A stretch of 64,000 nucleotides of DNA from Eledone cirrhosa (lineage: Eukaryota). This document shows positions 13,597-26,436 of this stretch, in pieces. The position numbers and the translations under genes were made by a program. How positions within the stretch are numbered: the first letter of the stretch is position 1; the number at the start of each line of letters is the position of its first letter. Under the pieces are notes generated by a model that did no database searches, was not told the origin of the DNA, and saw only the letters and a list, made by a program, of their open reading frames with translations. The stretch covers positions 256,556,001 through 256,620,000 of the forward strand of contig OZ024743.1 in the NCBI GenBank assembly GCA_964016885.1, read 5' to 3'.

Positions 13597-14644
13597 CTAT
13601 TTGTAAACATGCTCTGTTAAATAACTTCAAGATGTTAAGAGTTAATCGTTTTACTGAGAATACTAAGGTGATTTAATAGGTGAGAAACATAGCTTGTCAT
13701 TATATATTTGTTTCCAATGATGCCATGCATTGGATGGGTCATCCTGGTTTGAAACTAGATGGGCTGAAGAGCAACATTCTGCTCATAACTTCCATATTTG
13801 TGTACAGTTTCTATAACTGGATGCTCTTCCTAATGGTAATCACTTTACAGAGTGTACTGGGTGCATTTTATCATGGCAACATCAGAGTTTATAATCCTTG
13901 AAAATAATCAAATGTATATCAGTTATATATTTAGTTAGTTACGTGACTCTCCCTAGGGTTACTTTGTGCCTTGAACAAGGTGAAATATTTTTTGATTTAG
14001 TTTTATGATTAGCCCTACGGTTGCTGGGGTACAGAGCAAGCAGTAGCCCTAGTGTTGCTGGAGGCCTGAGCAAGGTGAAGTTACATGTTAGTTATATGAC
14101 TGGTCATAGAGTTGCTGGGGGTCTGAGCATGGTGAAGTGATGTGACAGTTGTATGACTGACTCTAGAGCTGCAGGAAGCCCAAGGATGCAGAAGTTGTCT
14201 GTCCTTACAAATATAAGTCTTCTTAAACTTTACAATTAGAAAAAACTGCAAGTATAAGAATAAATCCATGCTATTAGCCCTTAATAACTGATGGATTGAT
14301 AGGAAGGCTGTTGTTTGCATTTAAATTTAGAAGCGCTCATTTATCCCCAGGTCTGATCACAGCTGAATTTTACAGAGAAAGAGGTATAGAGAACGAATTG
14401 AACCTAGTATGAGATTGTACTTTATTTATTGACCTCAAAATGAGGAAAGATAAAATCGATCTATGAGATTTGAACACAGAGAACAGAGAACTGGAACAAA
14501 TACTGAAAAGCATTCTTTTTCTTTTAAACAGTAAGTAGGCATGCTATAATAATTAAAAAGAAAAGAAAAAAAATTCCAGTTCATCAACATTTGCATATTT
14601 GAAATAAAAAGAAAAAAGAGAATAAATTAAATAGTTAATATAAG

Positions 14645-14938
14645 GGAAAAGCACCACAGTCTAGGTGGTATATCTCAGATGTACCCTGCAGACAAAATGG
14701 TAAAGCATTGTTGTGGAGAACAGTCAGCAACACCTGCTGTACCAGCCACTCTAACTCACAGGGCTCCTTCCTCAGGCTGGGATGCCCACTTTCTGAAATT
14801 GCAGAGGAAAATGGCAGTTCTAGTACTAAGGACACGAGAAAAGTTGTTAGTGATGAGCATACAAAGGAAGCTGTTAGTCAAGACCGCCAACTATTTAGCT
14901 ATCTTCCTTTCCTCCATGTTACAGACATCGATGGCCAG
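14645..14938 (+). CDS. Candidate internal exon of an unidentified host gene (98 codons, phase 0-0)
   Basis: Non-repetitive, higher-GC island. AG at 14643-14644, donor CAG|GTTTGT at 14938/14939. Open frame GKAPQSRWYISDVPCRQNG...PLSEIAEENGSSS...QLFSYLPFLHVTDIDGQ. The acceptor lacks a good pyrimidine tract. Confidence 0.45.
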
Positions 14939-16152
14939 GTTTGTGACTAAAACAACAAGGCTGGAAGCATAAAATTTGTTTATTAAAATATACAAGCTAA
15001 AAAGAGCAGTTCAAATACAGCCTCAAATCTTTAAATGGATCATATTACTCAACAGTTTTTTCTTCCATGAACCTCTTTCTACAAGATATATTACTTAAAG
15101 TCTTGCCACTTTTTAAAAAAAGTCTTTTAAAGTCTTTCACAATCTTCCATGCACACATGCCTCTACAAGAAATGTTACTTAACATTTTTTCTAGCATTCT
15201 TTCTTGAAGTATCTCAAGGATCAGATACAATAATCACATTGAAAGAGGATTGTGTTTTTTTTTTTTGTTTTGCTTTTCACATTTCAACTACATCCTCTCT
15301 CTCTCCCTCTCTTTCTCGGAAGTTGGCACTTGACAAAGTTTCTTCAGCATTGTTTGGATCTATTTTATAAACAGTTACCAATCAGAGCAGAGTGTTGCTT
15401 CTGCCTTCACAAAAAACATTATTATTATTACCGGTTATTTCAATGAGTGGCTCTCGGATGTCCTCTTGCCATTGTGTAATTATTTTTAACTTTTCTGTTT
15501 TTGTTATCTCCCCTGTTTACATGCAAAACTCCCCCACCCCCCACATTAACATACACTCAATGTTTTGTCCTGTGCTGCTGTTAATGTTTTCTTCATGTGA
15601 GGCTTTTGTGGTTCATAAAGAAATTATTATCATCAGCATCATTATTATTTTTTTTTTTATCCACTGCGCTTAACTTCGGTTTGCTAGACAAAAATTATAT
15701 AGAGCCATTTGGTGAACAAATATCAGAGTCCCAAATCAAAAGCTAGAAAAGAAAAAGTAAGAATATTATGACACAGAAGAGGCATGTCAAGAGTTAATTC
15801 ATTCAATGGTTTTACTTAAATGATATAAAAAGAAATACCAATTTCCAACTCTATAGGACAATGTTTACTTAAGAGAACTGTGTGGGGATTTATATAGCGT
15901 TCTCAATGGCAAACATTTTCACCAACAACTGTTGTTATTTTGATTTGAAAATATATTATTTCACATAAGCCTGCTTGAGTGGATGCAGTCATGTTTCAGA
16001 GTTGCTGAATGGTGAGGAAGACTGCTTTGCAATAATTAGATCTTGTGTTCAATTCGACTGAGTGGCATCTTGGACCAGTGTCTTTGCCATAGCCCAATCC
16101 TGCCCAATGCCTTGTGAGTGTACCTGTCATTCAGAGGTCCAACGCTGGCACA

Positions 16153-16368
16153 TTAACCCTTTACCATTTACATTACTCTATATTTACTATTGTATTTTCA
16201 CAGTAAACACTTTATCTCACATAATATTGAATCTATGAGATTTTGATATTATTTCTTTTGAGACCAATACCTTAACATAAGTATGAGCAGCTGGTTACGG
16301 CCGATTTTAACAGAAAGTGGTGAGAGAATTCTGGTCGGATATGGCTGGTTGGAATGTTAAAGGGTTAA
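16153..16368. mobile_element. TTAA-flanked MITE with piggyBac-type termini
   Basis: TTAA-CCCTTTACCATT ... AATGTTAAAGGG-TTAA. Homologous copy at 33254-33481. Confidence 0.75.
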
Positions 16369-17014
16369 ACGTGTACTTGCCTGTGGAATACTCAGTCACC
16401 TAAACTAAAACACAAAATGGATGGTACCTGTAATTAAGAAGCCCCGTTTTGACATGCTGATTTAGCCTCAGAATTACATTAAAGATACATATGTATGTGG
16501 AATATTCAGCCACTTACTCTATAATGACCTTATGATCATGAGTCAAACAACTATACCTCTAAGTCATGCATCGTCACATCCATCATTATACATCAACACA
16601 TATTTGATAGTTTAAATTACAACCTACACAATCCAATAATCTTCAGCAGCAAACACCAGGAATTGAAATTCTTAAGTATTATCTCAATGTCATCTCAACT
16701 ACATTTTTATCCTCATTCCTCCCCCAATAAGACATCAGATTTTCTTTTTCTCTTTATTTATAATTCCAATCTTTCTTCTCTGTTCAAATAAATACAAGTG
16801 TGGGAAGAACTATATTATTTGGAGTGGAGTGAAGTGGAGTGAAGTGGAAGGGCAAGGTTATAAAATTCCCGACAATACACCAGATTACTATTTCAAATGT
16901 GAATATGTGAGGAGAAGATCTTTGCTAAAAGCATTTTGATGTATTTTAAAAAGGAAGGAAATGTTAATGTTATTTCTTTCTGCAAAAAGTTTTATTTGTG
17001 AAATAAAGAAAATG

Positions 17015-17062
<48 letters not shown>

Positions 17063-17212
17063 ATATAATATTATATAATTATATATGTATATATATAGAA
17101 TATATAATATTATATAATTATATATGTACATATATATATAGAAAGAGAGAGAGATAGATAAATAGATAGATAAATAGATATAAATAGATATAAATATGTA
17201 CATTTATTTATA

Positions 17213-17294
<82 letters not shown>

Positions 17295-17523
17295 ATATAT
17301 ATATATATATATATGTGTGTGTATGTATGTATGTATGTATACATATATATAATGAAATGTTAAATATATTAAAATAAGTAAAAAAGAAAAGAAACAGTGG
17401 ACTGAATGACTGCAAAAGACTTAAACCACACGAAAAAAAAAAACAACAGTTAATTCACCTAAGTTATATTAAATATACATTGGTATGAATTGCTTTTTTT
17501 CTCTTTATTTTTTTTCCTACCAG

Positions 17524-17553
17524 GTAAAGTATGACTTTTTGATGTCTTCTTGA
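17524..17553 (+). CDS. Candidate terminal coding exon (VKYDFLMSS*)
   Basis: Strong polypyrimidine tract TTTTTTTCTCTTTATTTTTTTTCCTACCAG ending at 17523. In phase 0 with the 14645-14938 exon. Confidence 0.35.
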   Translation, partial: VKYDFLMSS

Positions 17554-17985
17554 GAAGATGTCTTCTTGCATAAGGAAAGAAAATAGAAAATAAAAGAAGA
17601 CATGTGAGGAAGAGTATATAAAAAAGTTATGTTATGAATATAGGAAAGTGACCAAGTGATTAAAGTGTTGGTCTTATTGAATATATTAATGTTGTTACTG
17701 TTGATGGGTTCTGGCAAATGAACAGGAATTCTTACAATCACCTCACAGTCAGATTGATAAATAATAGTTAAAAGAGGAGATATATGAACACGCTGATATT
17801 TATAATATATAGATATATAAATAAATAGGCACACCCATACACACACATATATATATATACATACACTCTCACATATATACATAAATATATATAAATACAT
17901 ATGTATATATACTGACACATACATATATATATATTTATATATACAAAGTGTTAAAACGATCAAATTTTAGTTTAGAACATTTATT

Positions 17986-18032
17986 TGCTGACAATTGTTT
18001 CTTCCAGAGGGAAGTATGGATTCATCAGAGCA
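17986..18032 (-). ncRNA. Type-I hammerhead ribozyme (family A, copy 1)
   Basis: Minus strand TGCT-CTGATGA-aTCCA-tacttccctc-TGGAa-GAAAC-aatt-GTC-AGCA. Confidence 0.8.
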
Positions 18033-18441
18033 TAAGGAATGTCGAAACATGTTACTAAAATCCTAGTCATTTAGAACATTTAGGGTACATACTTGTTATT
18101 AGTGTCAAAGGCATCATGTGGAGAGTCAGGAGTTAAAAAGATGTTCTGCTTGAAAGAACACAATTACAGGCAGCACTGGTTGGAAGTGTAATAGGTATAC
18201 GTAAAAAGCACAAGCAAAAATAAAAAAACACAGGCTAAAGTGTTATAAGCAAGGAAAATTGGTGTACAATTACTTATACCTATTACACTTCCAACCAGTG
18301 CTGCCTGTAATTGTGTTCTTTCAAGCAGAACATCTTTTTAACTCCTGACCCTCCACATTATGCTTTTGACACTAATAACCTTTATGTACCCTAAATGTTC
18401 TAAATGACTAGGATTTTAGTAACATGCTTCGACATTCCTTA

Positions 18442-18488
18442 TGCTCTGATGATTCCATACTTCCCTCTGGAAGAAACAATTGTCAGCA
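18442..18488 (+). ncRNA. Type-I hammerhead ribozyme (family A, copy 2)
   Basis: Stem I TGCT/AGCA, core CTGATGA (18446-18452), stem II TTCCA/TGGAA, GAAA (18473), palindromic stem III ACAATTGT, GUC cleavage triplet at 18482-18484. Confidence 0.88.
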
Positions 18489-18996
18489 AATAAATGTTCT
18501 AAACTAAAATTTGATCGTTTTAACACTTTGTATCTCGGCTCTTTAAAACACTTGAAAATTTGCATTGAGCCTTTTGTCATACCGGTAACCGGCTAGTACT
18601 TAGTACTACCCTACATATTTATAGTTATATCAAACATATATAAATATAAATATTCTTATTACTATTATATATATATATGTACATAGACTTACTCACAATT
18701 TTATATATATATATATATATTTAAAAAGTAAGCAGAAATAACAAAGCAAACAACTCAGAACGATGAAGAAATATATTAGTTTTACACTTTACCATCATCG
18801 CCGTTTAACATTTATTTTCCATGCATGCATGGGTATAGTAGGAAAATTGTATAAACGTTTCAGATGAGTATGTTTCATCAGAAATTAGAATGAGAAATTA
18901 AAGAAGAAATATAAATATAGGGAAGAGTGAGCAGGGGTAGAAACAAAATAAAACTTCTTACAAAAAAAAAAAAGTCTGTCCATTTTGCTATCTTTT

Positions 18997-19292
18997 CATC
19001 ATCATCATCATCATCATCATTTACGCCCACTTTTCCCTGCTTGCAAGGGTTGGACAGGTCCAATTCAGCACAGCATCTCTCCACTTGTCACGGTCCTTCA
19101 TCATTTCTTCGGTGAGTTTCAGCGATCTGAGGTCTGCTCTCACCGCCACCGGCCATGTTTTTCGTGGTCTACCTCTACTACCTCTTCCCTCTACTGGGAC
19201 TTCCTGGCACTTCTTCACCCATCGGTCATCCTCCATGTGCATCACATGTCCATACCATCACAGCCGTCTCTCCTGCACACCACAAGTTATCC
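18997..19292 (-). mobile_element. 5'-truncated RTE copy (3' end with (GAT)n tail)
   Basis: Encodes RRL*WYGHVMHM..GRPRKTW. 3' end nearly identical to 4093-4330. Confidence 0.9.
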
Positions 19293-19302
19293 CTCTTATA
19301 CT

Positions 19303-19358
<56 letters not shown>

Positions 19359-19589
19359 GAATGATGGTGAGTAGGTGTAGCAATTTCAAAATTACTCTTG
19401 CTTCATCTTACTCTTATGGAAACTTATTTCGGATGATCGCTTCCAGATTATTCAGACGTAGGATTGAATCAATTTCAAATTACCATTGGGAGAGTAGACA
19501 TCTCCAACATAGTTTCATTTTATCAGTGGATACAATGAAATATTGTGACTATAACATTCAAGGTTAGAACACTAGTCTAAATATATCAG

Positions 19590-19905
19590 TTTATAGTAAT
19601 GATTTCAAATTTAAGCACAAAGCCAATAGTTTTGGGTGAGGGAAAAATTGATTACATCAGCCCTAATGCAGGACTGCCGAGGTTAACTTTGCCTTTCATC
19701 CTTACGGGGTCGATAGAATAATGTACCAGTAATGCACTGGGTAGTTGCTGGCCTTGTGCCAAAAATAGAAACAATTATTTATTTTATCGACCCTGGAAAG
19801 ATGAAAGATAATGTTGACCCCGGTGGGATTAGAACTCAGAATGTAAACAGCAGGAAGAAATACTTCAAAAGATTTATTCTGAAGCTCTAATAATTCTGCC
19901 ATTCT
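19590..19905. mobile_element. Nested, oppositely oriented Nin-domain-like tRNA SINE fragments
   Basis: GCCGAGGTTAACTTTGCCTTTCATCCTTACGGGGTCGAT on + (19677-19775) inside a minus-strand copy (TATCGACCC..GAAAGAT..GATTAGAACTCAGAA). Confidence 0.7.
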
Positions 19906-19949
19906 GCAAATAATAATAATTCTTCTGAAGATGGCTGGAGGATACAAAG

Positions 19950-20410
19950 TCTGTAAGACTAGTGTCTTTACCTAGTTGTTATGGTCCAAGGTAAGGACAC
20001 TAGCCTGAATAAATCAGTTTATAATAATGATATACTGAATGTGACATACTCCTGAAGGCCAAATGTTATTATAGCTAAAATGTTGTGACTATAACACCAG
20101 TCCAATAAAATGCGGTTATTATAATGATAATTCTTCTGATGAAATGTTATTGCTATAACAACCAGAGTGAGGACACCAGTTGGAAAAAATCTGTTTATTA
20201 TAATCATAATTCCTGTGGCAAAAGCCAAAGGTTACAAAAGCTGAAATATTGCGACTATAACAACAATAGTGAGGACACTAGTAATATATATATTATGATA
20301 ATAATTCTTTGGATAAAAGCCATAGTTTACAACAGCTGAAATGTGACTATAACCACCAAAGTGAGGACATTAATCTGAATAAATCAGTGTATAATAATGA
20401 TAATTCTTCA
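19950..20410. repeat. Degenerate ~60-100-bp minisatellite
   Basis: Recurrent GTGACTATAAC / GTGAGGACACTAG / AATAAATCAGTTTATAATAATGATAATTCTT blocks. A related unit lies at ~19540-19600. Confidence 0.7.
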
Positions 20411-22804
20411 TCTCAGAAATTCAGACCAAAAAACTGACAACTAAATGTATGATTTAGTGAGCAATGCAGAGTAAAGAAATATGCTTTAATATGCTATGTC
20501 TGGTACCGTTACTTCATCGACTAATTGAGGCCATTTCACTTTTATTTTTCAACTAATGAAATGCATTAATTAATCATAGTCTCATTTCCCTCCATCTCAA
20601 TAAATCTGACACATTGTGCCTACTTGAAAGAAATCATTACCAATACATGATCAATACATGATTAATACACTATAGTAACACTAAACAGCAGTGAAGAGAT
20701 TTATTAATCAGATTGACAAAATCCTATAAAGATATTATGAATTGTTCAATATTCTCTTGTGATTGTGTGTATTCTGACCAACAGAGCGTTGCTAACATAT
20801 GGTCACTGTCCTATTGTGACATTATAACTCTTGCAGAGATTACTAATACACGGCAAATATTGCACGGAGATAAATTTAAAGATAATAGAAATAACACTTG
20901 TTCAAAATTAAACATAATGTTAGTTGTAACAACTCGACCTTTGTTCTTTAAAAAATGTCATAGAAACATGAAACACTTTCCTTGCTGTCCAAACGTTCAG
21001 AAATTGCACAGCTTGTGGCATATGTCATAATCAACTATGTTGAAATAATTCACAAAAACTAGCTATATCACATATGTTTCTAACATTAATTGAACAATTG
21101 TTGTAATATTCAAGTATAACACTTTGTACTTATAATATGTCTAGATCACATATACGGGTATAATTCACAAAATCTAACTATATCACTTCTCAGTAGAACA
21201 TTAATTGAACAATTGTTTTAACATTCATGGCTAATGCTGTTTAGATTGCAATAAATTTCTGTTTTAATATTAGTGTTACCAGTTTGTTATGGGTTTGCTT
21301 TAAGGAAGTTTCTAGATTTGAACTACTGCTTATAGTTTACTTGTAGTTTTATTTTTTCTATTGTGTCGAGGTAGCCTGTTGTCTAAGATGGTTGAGAGTT
21401 TCTATTTATTTCTAATATCTTACCCTGTAGCTTCACTTTGTTCCTTTGTTTTAGTTTATCAGTTCATTATGCAGTATAGGATTTGGTTTCAGTTAATAGA
21501 TGAGTGCAGGGTTTTGAGTTAGTTTGGTTTGTTTGGATGTTAATAGTTGAGTGTGTTCTTTACTTCAGTGTGTATGTGAATAATAAGCTTGCCAAGCAAA
21601 TAAACAAAGGTTCAGGAGGACAATTTAGTCATGTCATAGACATAACAGCCACCCTAGTTGGTGATCAACATGATAAACACATCCTGTATCAAGTGTAAAG
21701 TGGGTGGTGATAGAAAGGCATCTTGATATAGAAAACCTGCCAGAAAATGTATCAGGACATGACAATCTTCCTAATGTTGGTATTTTTACAATAATTGCAC
21801 CCAGTTCATGCTGTAATGTGGTTGTAGTAAGGGCATCAAGCCATAGACATCTTCTCAAACAAAGGATTGGGAGGTCTCTGAGTTGTGTCAAATGTATGTC
21901 AACCTCTCCTTAGCACTCGATGGGATGTGAGACCATAATAAAGTGCATGCAAGATCAGTGGCTTTGCTTCAATACTGACTTGGTCAACATGAATCCGTCC
22001 AAAACTAAAAATGATAATGTTTATGATAGTGATATATATATATTTGAAAAATTTCTCCATCATGGCTAAGATCCTACAATGAATCAAATACAGTGGGCAA
22101 AGACAACAGAGAAACGGATGAAACATAATAAAGTCCCTTCTCATCAGATGACCGCTGGAGGTCATCGTGGTTTTGATGCATTATTGTTGATACTATTTGC
22201 TCCAGTCCTCATGGGACAGTAACAAATGGACAAAAGACAGAACAACTGGTTTTCCAATTATGTACAAATAGATAAAATTTGCTACAAACCAATGTGCTGC
22301 AGCTAGGAAGAAGAGATAGAAACAAAGCCCAACATAATAACCAAGAACATTGTGTCTGTCTATACAGAATTTACATGCAATTGAACACTTCACCTTTTGC
22401 CTTTGTCCTCTGTTCACTACTATCTTTCTTTTTCTCACTTATATATCAGAGAGCAGGTGGAGTGACATGAAATAAAATGTCTTGTTCAAGAACACAACGC
22501 ACTGATGAGAATTGAAATTATGTTCTTACACTTGTGAGCCAAATGCCCTAACCTCAAAGCTATATATGAACACTGCTAGAATTTTGAAACCTGTGTTTAA
22601 CAAACTCCAGGTAGCTTATTTCTGCTTCCACACCAAATGAATACCATTTTTATTTACATATTAGATCAATAATGTATGCCCTTATTTGTACTAATCGATA
22701 TTTCCTGATGAAACAGTTATTCCATGCCAACGCAGCTGCAATTCTGTTTAGAACTAACTGTTGAAATAGCAAGAGCTCAGCCATCGGGTCCTGAATCTTT
22801 CATA

Positions 22805-24279
22805 TAAAAATATATATATACGTACATACACAAGCATACGCGAAAACACTCGCCATAGGTATACAAATACACGCACGTACACACACGCACACGAAAAAAA
22901 AAACGCACGCACATATACGCAAATGTAAGGTTGAAACACCCACGTCCCGTAGGGCCTACATAGGGTTAACCGCCAATGGATTCCAGCTGCGTATTTACAT
23001 GCATACCCATTCTTTTCGTTACCCTCTAAGAAGGAATATGAGGTCACTTTCAGCTTATATTTGGAGTCTAAATGACAACCACACCCAATATAAGTTACAC
23101 TGGGAGATCCTAGCTAGGGCTAGATCGTATAACGGAAATAAAAGACCATGTTACATCTGCGCCGCTGAGGCCCTGGAAATACTCTACGCCAAAGACTACA
23201 ACTTAAACAAAAAATCTGAGGCAATTTCGGCTTGTAAACATAAATTGCACAAAACTTTCCTGTATTACAGCCCGACATTATACCCTAACGGATAGTACGA
23301 ACTATACGCGGATATTTTACGTCTTGATATGGTAGCTAAGTATATGTTATGTTTATACCATTACTTATTTGTATAGGTAAGTATATATTACCTGTATTTT
23401 TTGTGAAGGTACGTATACTTTCTCGTACGTATATTTGATTGTATATATTATGGCGTATATATTATTTTTTCTGGTACATATGCTTTTGGTTATGTGTATA
23501 CGTGAGTTTTGTGTCTGTGTGAGTATGCGGGTTCGTACGTATGTAGGGTGTGTGTATATGCGTACTTCGTGTTTTGGTTGACGAACGTCTCCGAACATAA
23601 GTGTATTTACATTACATGTAGGTTTGTGTGTGTGCTTGTTATATATGTATTTATTTATTTATATACGTTTATTTGATTATATGTATACACTCACACACAC
23701 ACATATATATATATATATACATTTTTTATATATATTTTTATGTGTATTTGGTGTATACATTCGTATGCGTGCGGGTACAGGCGTTGCGTGGGTTCTGTAT
23801 GTGCGGGCGTTTTCTTTTGTGTTTTTTTTTGTACGTGTGTGTACGTGCGTGTATTTGTATACCTATGGCGAGTGTTTCCGCGTATGCTTGTGTATGTACG
23901 TATATGGATGCGTGTGTATGTATTTATCTAATTTCATTTACCTGTGTATTTTATTTACTTTATTCTTAACTCTGAAGCCGAGAATCATTCGGTCTCCTAG
24001 TTAGAATGTTAGTCTACGGCTTCAGTTATACCATTTACGTGGTTTTGTCTTTGCGTGTAATTGTTTTTCACCGCTCCAAATAATGACGTATTATATTCAT
24101 TTTTTTCCGTTCTTTGCCAAGGAACGTTTCCACGAACCAAAGTATCATCTTCCTGTCTTCCTCCGGTTGCAACGTTTTTTGAAATATTCACTTCTGCTTT
24201 CACAGATTGACTTTGTTAGTTTCAGAAGATCCCGTTAAGGGTGAAAGCAGCGATTCTTTGCTTTAACTTTAATCTGTTA

Positions 24280-24285
<6 letters not shown>
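22805..24285 (+). mobile_element. 5'-truncated PLE: GIY-YIG C-terminus, TG-rich 3' region and partial inverted pseudo-LTR
   Basis: ORF 22999-23295 HTHSFRY..SLSAYIWSL..LHWEILARARSY..CYICAAE...LNKKSEAISACKHK is homologous to the C-terminus of the 46816-48609 PLE ORF. 22815-22915 is the reverse complement of 23795-23905. Confidence 0.85.
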
Positions 24286-24324
<39 letters not shown>

Positions 24325-25087
24325 GTTATATTTGTTTGCCAGAACTGTTATACATTTTATTTAGATCCAATCCAACTGATGAGTGTGTGGGTGGGTGCAT
24401 TTGTTCTGCACTCTCTCCTTCTTTCTTTATGAAATCAACTGAATAACTAAACAACATAACACAACAGGCCACATCTAAACATATGTTTCCCTGTTTCCAG
24501 TTATTATATGCATATCAAATAAAATAAAAGCATATACTATATAATACAAAGGTTCACAATGCCAGAATTTTGAACCTTGTGTTTAACAAACCCCAGGTAA
24601 CTTGTTTCTGCTTCCATACCAAATGAATACCATTTTTATATACATATTCATTCATACATTTCTATATTTTTTCTTTTATTTATTCATTGCTTTTTCGTTT
24701 TATTTTTATTTTTTTTGCTCTATTTCGGAATGGTAGATAGCATTGTTATAGATTCAAGGAAGCTATTTATGGCGTACTTCCTTTAAGCATGACATGACAG
24801 AGTTTTCAATTAGACTTCTAATGCAAAGAAATGATTATATAAGATGAGGAGAAGGTACACAAGATTTTTCTATTATTTTACATGGTTTTACTTCAACATT
24901 TTTCAATAATAAATATATATAAAGATATAAGTGTATGAATTATGTATATCGTTATATAAATATATATATACACATACACTCACACACACACGTGCATATA
25001 TATATATATAACAAACATAAGCATGCACCATATATCTTTTTCACTGTCTTGCATTTAAGAGAGCATAAACAGCAATAATGATGTTAA

Positions 25088-25150
25088 CAATAATAATAAT
25101 AATAATAATAATATCATCATCATCATTATTATTATTATTATTATTATTAT

Positions 25151-25215
<65 letters not shown>
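25088..25215. repeat. Compound trinucleotide microsatellite (TAA)n(CAT)n(TAT)n(TAG)n
   Basis: Read directly from the sequence. Confidence 0.95.
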
Positions 25216-25216
<1 letters not shown>

Positions 25217-25439
25217 GAGAAGATGATGAGAATAGTAGTTTTATGATGAAGATGATTTTTTAGTAAGGCATAAAGATGTGTTCTCAAAGGGTGTAATTGT
25301 GTTTCATAGTCAATTGACTAAACATGGTATATATATGTATACATATGTGTGCATGTGTGTGTGGGAGTATGTGTATGAATATATATATATAGCTTATATA
25401 TATATATATATATATGCTATATATATATATATATATATG

Positions 25440-25477
<38 letters not shown>

Positions 25478-25808
25478 ATAATTTGTTTGGTGATCATGGT
25501 ACAACTAAGAACACATCTGCATTTTTACTGGCGGCATGACCTTCCCTAATATAACAAAATCTGTTTTAAGATATGATTTCACATCAAGATTTTTGAATTG
25601 AATTTTATATATGCAAGATGGTGAAAGACAGAACAAAGAAGGGACACAAAATAACGAGTTAGTCTCTGAGGAGGTCACAGATTGGGTGATAAAAGAGCTT
25701 TGACAATAAATAAACAACCATCCAAGTAGTTAGTAAACTAACGAACTGGAAATTCTTATTAAATTGAAATGAAAAACAACAGGTGCATGACCCTTCCAAA
25801 ATATAACA

Positions 25809-25839
<31 letters not shown>

Positions 25840-25843
25840 CAGA

Positions 25844-26090
25844 CATTTATTAATGTTCATACACTGAAGGTTTCAAGGTGAAAATTTGACCGTACCTCCA
25901 GAATACAAGAAACAGTAAATCAGGCACTTATACGAGTTTATAAGATACTTTTTAATGGTATATTTTAAACTAATATAAATGCCTGAAGAAAGGTCACTAA
26001 TCTGATGTTTCTTGTATTCTGGAGCTATGATCAAATTTGGGCTTGAAACCTCAGGTGGCCCCTTTGTCCTATGTATAAACATTAATAAAT
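25844..26090. repeat. Degenerate inverted repeat (MITE or fold-back remnant)
   Basis: ATTTATTAATGTT / AACATTAATAAAT, GGTTTCAAG / CTTGAAACC and CTCCAGAATACAAGAAACA / TGTTTCTTGTATTCTGGAG nest symmetrically. Confidence 0.65.
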
Positions 26091-26335
26091 ATATAATATA
26101 ATATGTTTGGTCTCTTCTCGATTGAGCACAGTCCACCTTTTTTCCTTTTCACACCTATGGATATTGCTACATATCCATATGTATATATATATAGAAAAAC
26201 ATGAGAAGAAAGAAAACTGCGTGGTTGCACATGGGTGATAAAAATAGTCCTATGATAAAAATAGTCCTTCGTCAGTGATTTTCCAACCTTCATTGGTATT
26301 TCTATATATATAGATCTATAAATATACAGACACAC

Positions 26336-26398
<63 letters not shown>

Positions 26399-26436
26399 CA
26401 TATATACATAGATATACATAGATATACATAGATATG

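Larger units (their letters stand above)
17941..18533. mobile_element. Inverted-repeat PLE pseudo-LTR remnant (259-bp arms 17941-18199 / 18275-18533), inserted next to TA-rich repeats
   Basis: Arms are near-perfect reverse complements and each carries a hammerhead ribozyme. Confidence 0.8.

Noticed and set aside
19950-20410. Repeat-spacer appearance suggesting a CRISPR array
   Set aside because: Units are degenerate and variable, intervening sequences are themselves homologous, the context is eukaryotic, and there are no cas genes.
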